NCBI GenBank assembly: GCA_028534125.1
Contig: CM052818.1
Coordinates: forward strand, 22,384,001-22,448,000
From: Lama glama
Taxonomy: Eukaryota
DNA: 64,000 bases
Direction: 5' to 3'
Shown: positions 12,541 to 22,171 of the stretch, in pieces
Layout: each line of letters starts with the position of its first letter
Position numbering within the stretch: position 1 is the stretch's first letter
Program-made: the position numbers and the translations under genes
The notes under the pieces: model-generated
What the model was told of the DNA's origin: nothing
Databases searched by the model: none
The model's input: only the letters and a program-made list of their open reading frames with translations

Positions 12541-12954
12541 AAGACTCCAGGAGATCTGGGGTGCCCAGGTGAACAAGGATCAGAGGAATAAATAAATAAA
12601 ACAAGAGAGGGCCTTGCGTGGAAAGAACAGTCATGGGAGTGCCATTGAGAATAATTATCTCAAATTCTGCACCTGAGATCCAAACAAAAATAAAAATCAC
12701 TCATAGAAATCATACTACTGACAATTTTTCTCTATTAATAATTATTTTAATTTTTTATATTTATTTTTTCCAGAAGTATATGACATGTATTGCTGTCTTA
12801 TTACAAAACGGCATTTTTATCAAAATAAATGTTTGGCATTGTCATATTCAACTGATACGAAGAGTTCAGCAGAAATGCTTGATTGAAGGGAACCCATGTC
12901 TGTGACAAATCATTCTTTGATGACAGATGTCCTGAGTTGGGATATTTTCCTCCA

Positions 12955-13120
12955 TTTCTTTCCTTTTTTTTTCTTCCAATTTTATTGAGATATAACTGAC
13001 ATATGCGACTATATAAATTTACATAAAAGTACAGCATAATGATTTGACTTACATTATGAGATGATTATCACAGTAAGTTTAGTGAATGTGCATCATCTCA
13101 TATAGATACGAAACTAAAGA
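12955..13120 (-). mobile_element. L1 (L1MA-type) 3' end
   Basis: T-tract then TTTTATTGAGATATAACTGACATA...GTACAGCATAATGATTTGAC...GATTATCACAGTAAGTTTAG. Confidence 0.7.
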
Positions 13121-14164
13121 TACATCAGGCTTCAGGACGGCACTCATATCCATACGAAGAGGGGAGGAAGGATATGCGGCAGGGATGTAGCTGTGGCTGT
13201 AATGTTTTATTTCTTTAAAAAAGATAAGGAAACCTGAAGCAAAATGGCAAATTGTTGACATCTGGGGAGTGGCTATGTGAGGTTCTGTTAGATTATTTTC
13301 AAATGTGTCATAGTTTAAAAAAATATTTTGAGAGGTTTCTAATCAAGACACTGCAAACTAATTTTGTGACTTTTGCCAGAATTCATTTCTGGTCACAGGT
13401 TGGCCTCTGAGTAGTTTTATGGAGTTCAGTGGACTGTCAGGGACAAAAGTCCCAACAAGGAGCAGAATATAAAGAGCCGTCTTTCCACTGATGCTAAAAG
13501 CACTCATAAATAAGATCTTTGATGAATGGAAAATGTCATTGCCTGCTGTGTATAGAGTGAAACCAAATGGCTGAACAGGAATTTTTTTTTTTTTTTTTTG
13601 ACTGGTTGGACCAGATTAGCCTCTCAGGACATTGCAGGAAGACTATCGATCAGCTATTGGCCTTCCTGGGGATGACAAATCCTAGACAATTATACAGAAT
13701 TGCTGTAGGCACCTCTTGGAGGGCTGCACAGCTCAAGATAAGGGCCTGGGCTCTGGGCACCAGCCTGACACTGATGGTGAGGGGCTCAGCTGTTGAACCT
13801 ATGGTATAGGTTCTATAGGAGATGACTCCCCCACCCCCACCGCTCCCCCATAACAGCTGATGGGTGTGGAGGGAATGGCCGAACTGATCTGGGCCAATCA
13901 TATTCTTTCTCTCAGAATTCTGGAATTCTGGGAGCTGTTGGAATGGGGCTGCTTTAATGGAAGTGTTCTAGGGAGGACATTCATTGACTCCAGATGCTTA
14001 AGTCCTTGGAATTTCCCTGGTCCCAGCCTTTACTGAGGCTCACTTGTTCAACCCTTTCTTGAAATTTAATAAATTTATTAAATTTATTATTATTATTTGC
14101 CAGCACTGGTTTGTTACTCATCTTATGGAGTAGGTAAATATAATGTTTTATGACATCTTCCAGC

Positions 14165-14405
14165 CTCCGCCACGGTGCTGCTGCTTGTACACGTAGTATC
14201 TTTGTTGAATTAGAAAAAAGGTGCCCCTCTGGGCAGACAAATTAGAAAAAGCTGTTTTTTCCTCCAGGCAGACACAGTTTCTCACCCAGGTGGAAGGTTT
14301 GACCAATGGAATGTGGGGTTGGGTTTCGGGTCCCATTCCACTCATTTCCTTGGCCAGGCCCCTTTGTGCAGTGCACAGACCGCATAACCATTCATGGCAG
14401 CCCTG
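14165..14405 (-). mobile_element. MER91-like hAT-Tip100 MITE
   Basis: Terminal-like TTGTGCAGTGCACAGACCGCATAACCATTCATGGCAGCCCTG and internal AGAAAAAAGGTGCCCC. Confidence 0.5.
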
Positions 14406-15059
14406 CCTGACCACCACTTGTTTCCCGGCTGATTTGTCCTCTGCATCGAAGCGCCATTCAGAACATGAAACATTACTCCAGACAAGATTTACTAGAAATG
14501 TTGGTTTATCATGCAGGCTCTATCCAGGACTTCAATGCTCATAAAGATGTAATTTTTAATCTTTGAAATCTGTTGAAAGTCAAGCCTTAAAAGAAACTTA
14601 GGAAAACTCCATGGCCTGGTAAAGTCAAAAGCTTCATCTTCTGATGAATAGTCTACAGGCTTTAGAGGAAGCTTTCCACCAAATGGTCTGGCAGATATTC
14701 TTGAAATGTCAAGGGACTCTACCCCTTCCCCGATGTGAACACACCTAGTGAGAAGATGAGGGCAGGCACATGAGAGCAAGTCAACAAGAAGGTGTCTCAG
14801 GTCGTGGTGAGAGTGACATGGAAACCACAACCAAGGCACTGATGGCCATGAGGAGAAAATGATCTCAAGGAGGAGAAAATGCCTTGAGAGGAGGCTGCTC
14901 CAATGCTGATTCGCTAATTCATTCTCCCGCAGCTCATGAGTCCCGCCACCTTTCTGAGAGAATACTGAGTATAGAAAATCAAGTCAGGAGCTTTCCCAAG
15001 ACAGAGGACCCACCTACCTGTACATCAGGTACCATCTACCCCTGTGTCCACATATATAA

Positions 15060-15152
15060 GAGACAGTGTAGACTAGCAGTTAAAGGTGTGGGTTCAAATC
15101 TCAATTCTGTTACTTTCCAGCTGTATGACCTTGGACCTGTTACTTGACTTCT
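15060..15152 (+). mobile_element. MIR 5' half (interrupted by MaLR; resumes ~17735-17840)
   Basis: GGGTTCAAATCTCAATTCTGTTACTTTCCAGCTGTATGACCTTGG...GTTACTTGACTTCT; the continuation ATCTATAAATAG...ATAATACCTACTTCA follows the LTR. Confidence 0.65.
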
Positions 15153-17734
15153 TGTGATGGTTTTAAAACATATCCACAATCCTCTAACTCCCCTCCCATC
15201 AAATATTGGAGTCTAAGGCCTTTCCACTTAAGCCTGGGTGGGGATTTTTGAGAGTGCCCAGACATACAGAATGCAGCAGACAGTGACACTGAATTTCCAA
15301 GTCTAGGTTAGAAAAGACCATTCGGTTTCTGATGGTTCATTTTGGGACAATCATGATGGGAGCCTTCAACCACTGTGAAAGAAATCCAGCCACGTGGAGG
15401 CTGCCTTGTAGAGGGAGCAGATTCAAAGAAAGAGATGCCCAGGAAGCCCCAGGCATTTAGCCCCAAGCTGTTTGAGTCTCCTAGCCTACATCCCAGGCAT
15501 GCAAATGAAGAAGCATTTGAGTTAACCCCAGCGCCAGCTACCAACTGACCGGAAACTGCCTGGCTGACTCCCAGTCAACTCTCAACTTTGTGAGCTAAAT
15601 AAATAATTGTTATTGTTTTAAGACATGATGCAGGATTGGTTTGTTACAATGCAATAGATAGCTGATGCAGACTTTTTGTGACCTACACCTGGAGAGCCAC
15701 CATCACAAGATCTAATCTGTGGCTTAGGACTGGGAGGTGGGCAGAAATGGTAAAGGTTTTGAAGATATTGTTAGTGGAAGCCTGATGGCCCTCAAGGAGG
15801 CTACTGGTGAGGCCTTAAAGGTAGGTGAGGAAAATGTTATTAGAAGCAGCAGGAAATGGGATCTTTATCATGTGCTGGAGGAAAATTTAGCAACATTACT
15901 CAAAGTGATGTGGACAAATAGAAAATGTACCTAATAAGCCAATGATTTGAGCAAAGGAGATTTTTAAGGAGAATGTTGAAAGTGCCAATTGGATTATTTT
16001 AGCTGCATATGATAAAGATAGAGAAAGATGAGTTTAAAAGGACACTTTAATTTGTAAGCAAAATTTATAGGAAATAGAAAAAAGCCAGAGATTTGTTGGG
16101 TTTGAAAGTAAATCTTGTTTCACATTTTCAGACTTCCTAGATAGCAAACAAAAACAAAAACAAAAACAAAAACAAAAACAAAAACAAAAACAAAAACCTC
16201 GACGTATGAAAGGGCTTCAGGACAGAGACAAAATCCAGAGTGGGACTATAAGAACCTTTGTTAAAACCTCAGAAAGATCTAATGCTTCACAAAATCTTCC
16301 AGATGGACAAAGGGCCTCTAAGGATTTCAAGAATGTGCCTCAGCGGAGTCTCTTCATTAAACAGCAGGGCTCCTGAGAATCTTAAAGGGATTATCCTTCT
16401 ACAGTCACGCTAAACATGTTCTAGGTACAGAAAGGCTGATCTTGGTGAGATTTGTGGTGTAGCTTTCGACCAATGGAGTGAACCTCAACAGGATCCGTAG
16501 GAAACCCACAGTTTTAAATAGAATTATATTGGCAGAAGCACTGTCAGCTTGGACTAAAAGGGACAGAGTAGAACAAAATGAGCCACCTGCAATATTTTTT
16601 GGAGTTTGGGCACCTAAATTGTGTGGGAAGGAAGAAAGCTGAGAAAATTTCTTAGCTACAGAAAACAGCTATATTTTAAATAGAATGAAAAAAAAAAAAA
16701 AGGAAGGTTAAGAACGTAGAACCAAGAGCCCAGAGGATAGATCCAAGAACCACAGAGAAATATTCCTAGGCAGTAGACTGAACTCTAATCAAGAAATTGG
16801 CAATATATTCCTGGCTGGATCTCAAAATTGCTATGGAATAGTGATACTGCGTGCCTCCCTCTCCCTACATCTAGAATGGGAACGTTTATCTTATGCCCAT
16901 TCCATCATTGTGTACTGGACGTACAGGGGTGAGATAACTTGTCTCTTTAGTTGACAAGTCTTTGGATAAAGAGAAAGAGTACTCAAGGAGCTGTGCCTGA
17001 GGAATTGCCTCTGAGGACCCTCTTCCTTAGTTGCATAAGTTTGATGACAATATCCTAGACCTCTAGCCTGAACTTGATGCCATAATAGAGGAAACTTTGG
17101 GGGATCATTGGAAGCAAGTGAGTATATTTTGCATGTGAAAGGAGCGAAATTAATTGGTGGGCAGAGGATAGCCTGTGGTGATTTTAAACATGGTTCAAAT
17201 CTGTTCACACATTTCCTGTCAAGAAATGGAAGTGATATCCCCTCTTCCATATCAAGATAAGCCTTTGCAACTGCCTTAAGAAATACAATATGGTAGAAAT
17301 GGCATGGCATGGCTTGCAAAGCTAGGTTAGGGAAGGCATCACAGCTTCTGCCTTGCTCTCAGGACACATGCCTTTGGAATTCTGAGTTGCCATGGAAGAT
17401 GTCCAGCTATTCCAAACGTGCTATTTGGAGAGATCATGAGGGGAGGTCATATAGAGACAGAGATGCCTCAGGACCCCTACTTTTCCAGCCTCCACTTGTT
17501 TGCATCCTCCCAGCCCAGGTGCCAGATATGTGAATGAGGAAGCCTTTAAGACTATCCTAGCCTCAGGCGCGGTCTGACCATGACCACATGAGACCCCAAG
17601 CCAGAACTGCCCAGCTGAGTTACTTGCACAGAGTCCCACAGACTCTGGGAATGGTAATAAACTATCGGTTTTGTTTTTTTTTAAGCCACTAACTTTTAGG
17701 ATGTTTTGTAACTCAACAATAGATAACCTTTATA
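15153..17734 (+). mobile_element. MaLR provirus (MLT1G/H-type): LTR 15153-15669, internal region, LTR 17174-~17734
   Basis: LTRs begin TGTGATGGTTTTAAAACAT and TGTGGTGATTTTAAACAT and end TTTTAAG..C..CAATAGATA; purine-rich PPT-like GGGCAGAGGATAGCC precedes the second LTR; non-coding degenerate interior. Confidence 0.75.
16149..16196 (+). repeat. (CAAAAA)8 microsatellite
   Basis: Direct reading of eight perfect units. Confidence 0.95.
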
Positions 17735-18012
17735 CCATTATCTATAAATAGAGCTGATGATAATACCTACTTCAAAGCAAAGTAAATGAGTAAGAAGTAA
17801 ATGAGTTAACATTTATGAAGCACTAAGCCTGGGGTGTGGTGTGAACCTAACACTTATCCTTTACAGAGCTTCTCAGTGGCTATTAGCCTGAATGATAACT
17901 GTGAATCAAACAAAAGGGATATTTAGTTTAAGTTTACTGCATTCAAGAAGGAACTGTTTACCTGACGGTGAATATTTGTTGAATAAGTGAAAAAGAAAAA
18001 AAAAAAACTTTC

Positions 18013-18604
18013 TGAAGTAGTAGCTGGTCTCCAAAGATGGTGCTTCCTTATATTCATTGTCTTGCAGAGTTCCCTCTCGCAGTGAATCTGGCCTGGGATT
18101 GCCACTCACCTTTACTGTAGAATATGGCTAAAGTGGTGCTGAATCAGTGGGGGCCTGAGCTTTAATGGGGCTTAGGAGCTTCCAGTTGTGCGCTCTGGGG
18201 AGCCCTGGGCTGTCATGTAAGAAGTCTGGATATCCTGATGCAGAAATCCACCTGGAGAGGAGACCTGGAAAGACCATCTGGAGATGGAGCAACCCTGAGA
18301 ATAGATGGAAAGAGAAGGAATCCCCAACAATCCTAGTCCCAGCTGAGCCCAGCATTCTAGGGTCCTTGCCAGGATGCCAGACACAAGAATCTGCCATCTT
18401 GACTCAGCCAGCCTAGTCAGATGCCCAGATGACGGCCGTCCCAGCTGCCATCTGGTTGCAGCAGCACGAGAGACTCCCAGTGAGATCAGTGGGAGAACTG
18501 CCCAGTTAACGTATAAAATCTTGAGAGATGAGAAGTGTTTGTTGTTCATTTTAAGCCACTGCGTTTTAGAGTGGCTTGTTACATAGCAGTGGATAACCAA
18601 AAAG
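18013..18604 (+). mobile_element. MLT1F/G-like solo LTR
   Basis: Start GTAGCTGGTCTCCAAAGATGG, internal GCTGTCATGTAAGAAGTCTGG, end TTTTAAGCCACTGCGTTTTAGAGTGGCTTGTTACATAGCAGTGGATAACC. Confidence 0.75.
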
Positions 18605-19084
18605 TAAGTGCCCAGGGTGGTGCCTGGCATACAGTAAGTACTCAATAAATATTGCTGTCTAAGTGAATGAACCTCTTCGTTTTTTTCCTCCCAAACCTGC
18701 TCTTCTCAGCCCACAGCTTACCCCTCTGCCTCGGCCTTACCTATATCGGCCAGCGACTAGTGGGGCTAAAGTAAAGAGGGGGCTCATGCCAGACTCTTGG
18801 GTGCACAAAAGCCTGAAATGAAAGTTTCCTTTGTGAGGAGATCCCAGCCCGAGCATCTCTAAGGCAGCGTTTTCCAGCTTCTTGGTACAGTGGGAGCAGG
18901 TCTTCTTGTATTTGTGTAAGAGGGAAGAAGAGGCAGTCAGCTCTGGAGTCCATCTGGGTTTGATTTCCTGTTCCTCCAAGTCCGGACTGCGGGACAGTGA
19001 ACTGCTGATTTAACCGACTTCCTTATCTCCAAAAAGGGCCCAAGATCAAGGCTTCGGTGCAAAAAGTCAACATGCTGTCTTCTG

Positions 19085-19675
19085 TACACCACTCAGAGTA
19101 CACAAAGGGGCGTAGAGCTGTGAGTGCATCTACATGTGGGTGAATCTCAGACATGATGCGGAGCAAAACACACCCATGGCAAGAGCGAATACTATTTGTG
19201 ATTCCCCTTAAATGGAGTCCCCAAAGGGGCAAAATTAACTGATGGTAAGAGACAGAAATTTCTAAGAGTGGTTACCACGAGGGAGTGGATAGTGACTGTG
19301 AAGGGGCTCTAGGGAAACTTCTGGAGTATTTGAAATATTCTATGTTTTGATCCAGGTGATGTATGCATATATAACATTTATCAAGCTGTACCGTTTAAGA
19401 TGAATGCACTTTGCACAGGGAACTATATTCAATAACTTGTAATGAATGAACTCCGTCATTCTTTTTCTCCGGAACCTTCTCCTCTTAGGCCTGGTGCTCT
19501 GAGATGCCTCATGCAATAGCTATAATGAAAAAGAATATATATACGTATAACTGAATCACTATGCTGTACACCAGAAACTAACACAGCATTGTAAATCAAC
19601 TGTACTTCAGTTCAAAAAAAGATGGAGGTGCTTCGCTGCCTGTATATTATATTTTAATAAAGAAGTTGAAAAAAT
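19085..19675 (+). mobile_element. L1ME-type 3' end, interrupted by a younger L1
   Basis: CATGTGGGTGAATCTCAGACATGATG...GGGCAAAATTAAC...AAATATTCTATGTTTTGATCCAGGTGATG; tail TGTATATTATATTTTAATAAAG resumes after 19620. Confidence 0.65.
19413..19620 (+). mobile_element. Cetartiodactyl-type L1 3' end (5'-truncated) with a 71-bp foreign insert
   Basis: GCACAGGGAACTATATTCAATA...TATAACTGAATCACTATGCTGTACACCAGAAACTAACACAGCATTGTAAATCAACTGTACTTCA followed by an A-tail. Confidence 0.8.
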
Positions 19676-21311
19676 GTTAGTGGGTCCTCCCTTCACTCAG
19701 GAGTGATCTTTAGGAATTTCTTAACTCTCAGGCATTTTGTCCCCCGATGGGACTGTCTTTCCTTCCCCTTTCGCCCCCAAGTCCACCAGGAGAGCAGCCT
19801 TGGGTGACGTTATCCTAGAGCTTGGCATGAGCCGGCTGCCCCTGCCAGGCTTGGCCTGGAGCTGGTTCCAGGGTGAGGACTGAGCTGGGACATGGGCTGA
19901 CCTTCTGCTCCTGAGTGGATGGAGTGGCTGGGCCATGGGGTCCTAAATGCCATTGGGGGCTGGTGAATGGGGAGAGGGTCTTACTACCCCCGACAAAAAG
20001 CTGGAGGCTTGGCGGGGCTGCAGGGTACTGGGAATAAGTGAACAACAGGAGAGTGTCCTTGGCACCATGGGCCCGGTTCCTGGAAGGAGAGCTGCGAGGG
20101 GCGGGCGCCGAGGGCGTCCGGGCTGGGCCGAAATAAAGAGCTTGTTCTGCTCACAAGCCTGCTATTTGAGGACCTGGAGCCATGACGTCCCTCAGAGTTT
20201 CCATTCTCTGTGCTGCAGCTGTTGGTTACGTGTTTCATTCAAAACGCTTTGCAGGAAGCAGCAGGCTCCACATTCCAGGGCTTTTAGTCATTTTTTTCTC
20301 TCTGAGCTTTGGGGCTGGGATTAGAACATTCTTTAAACCACACTGTCCTCGGGCCGGACTCCCAGGAGGAAGTGGGTGGGTCCCAGGGGGATGAGAACAT
20401 GGGCCCCAATTCAGGGATGGAATGAAAAAAGATTAAGGCCAGCACAAGTCAACTCCTAGAGAGATGGCTGAGCCCAGCCCCACGGAGGGCGAGGGGAGGA
20501 AGGCTGGGGGTGGCGACTCTTGCTCCCCAGCCATGGGCCGTAGGGAATTCAGAGTCTCTGGTGGGTGGGTTTGTGTGTGCTGTAAGGAGTGAGACAGAAC
20601 AGAGTTAGTGGAGCCTTTCATCCTGAGGGACCAACACACTCAGCCCCTAGCTTCTGTTGCCCTCAGGACAGGAAAGCGTGACCAAGGGCTTCACGTGCTG
20701 CAGGGGTGGGTGGTGACATATGTTTGGACCAGGGCAGAGAGAGAAGCACTTTAGCGAACAGACCCCACAGATACATGAACCCAGAGAAACCGCAACAAAT
20801 GTTTGCTGAGTGTCTGCTACGTTCCTGGCACTGGGCCGGCTGTTGGCAATACAACAGGGTACAAGATGGAATCCAACCCTGCGCTCACAGGAAGGCCTGG
20901 GAAATACAGCTTGGAAGATGTCCACTGGTATAGGAAGAGAGGAGATTGAGGGGGGAGGTACTGGTGAGGGCCAGATTCTAGTGGGCAGAGAGGAGGCGAG
21001 TGTAGACTGCCGCCAGAGGTCACACAAACGGTGCAGAGCAGAGAGTGTGAAGGGAAGGGCAGAGCCCAGCAGAGAGTTGGGTGGGGTGGCTGCAGCTCTG
21101 GAAGAGGGCAGGTGATTAACAGGAGCAGGGCCCCATCAGTCCTGAAGCACGACGCCCCCCTCAGGTCTTGAAAAGCCCCAGAGTCTGTCCCAAGAGGATG
21201 AGGAGAGGACCGGGGGTTCCTAGGCAGCCACCCAGCCCAGGGCCACCCTTACCTCTGAGCACCTCGGGCAGAGGGAAGGAAGCCTTGTGATAAGGGCCTA
21301 GTCCAGCATTT

Positions 21312-21500
21312 ATTTATTTATTTATTTCTATCGACATATAGTGCACTTTTTTGTTTGTTTTTGGTTTTTTGTGGGGGCAGGTAATTAGGTTTGCTTATGT
21401 ATTTATTTACTTCTTAATGGAGGTACTGGGGATTGAAGCCAAGACCTCACGCATGCTAAGCACTCTCTCTACCACTGAGCTGTACAGCGCCCTACCAAGC
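21312..21500 (-). mobile_element. tRNA-Ala-derived camelid-type SINE (vic-1-like) with TSD
   Basis: GGCAGGTAATTAGGTTT...AATGGAGGTACTGGGGATTGAAGCCAAGACCTCACGCATGCTAAGCACTCTCTCTACCACTGAGCT; flanking repeats AGTCCAGCATTT (21300-21311) and AGTCCAGCGTTT (21501-21512). Confidence 0.88.
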
Positions 21501-21542
21501 AGTCCAGCGTTTAGACAAAAACGCCAGAGTGCTTTTTCTTCC

Positions 21543-22171
21543 TGCGTGTAGGCAGAATTCAAAATGTGGCCCTCTGAGATTTCCCATCCTAATCCCTGAA
21601 TATGACGAGCTATCAAGCCCCTGATTCTGTAATGTTATATGGCCAAGGGATTTAAAAAACCAAATTAAGGCTAAGAATCAGTCAACTCTGAGCTAATTAA
21701 AAGGAAGGGTCTCTGGTGGGTGTGCCTGATCTGATCACATGAGCAGAGAGTTTCCCCTGACTGGTGGTGGCAGGAGAGGAAGTCATAGATTTGAAGCATA
21801 GAGGGGGATTCCATGTACCTCTGATGACTTGAAGATGGAGGGACCATGTGGAAGGGGCCTAAGAGGAAGAAGCTTCTAGGAGCTGAGAGGGACCCCCAGC
21901 TAATGACCGGCAAGAAAACAGCACCTCAGTCCTACAACCACAGGAGCAGAGTGCTGCTACAATCCAAATGAGCTTGGAAACAGTTTCTTTCCCAGACTTC
22001 CAGACAGGAGCCCAGCCAGTCCACACCTTGATTTTGGCCTTGTAGGACCCAGAGCAGAGAGTCCAGCTGAGCCCTGGACTTCTGATCCACAGAACTGAGA
22101 TAATAAATGGGTGTGGTTTAAAGCTGCTAACTTTGTGGTAATCTGTTGTACAGCAACAGAGAATGAATACA
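21543..22171 (+). mobile_element. MLT1E-type solo LTR with 5-bp TSD
   Basis: TG...GTAGGCAGAATTCAAAATGTGGCCC start; GGTTTAAAGCTGCTAACTTTGTGGTAATCTGTT...GAATACA end; CTTCC on both sides (21538-21542, 22172-22176). Confidence 0.85.
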
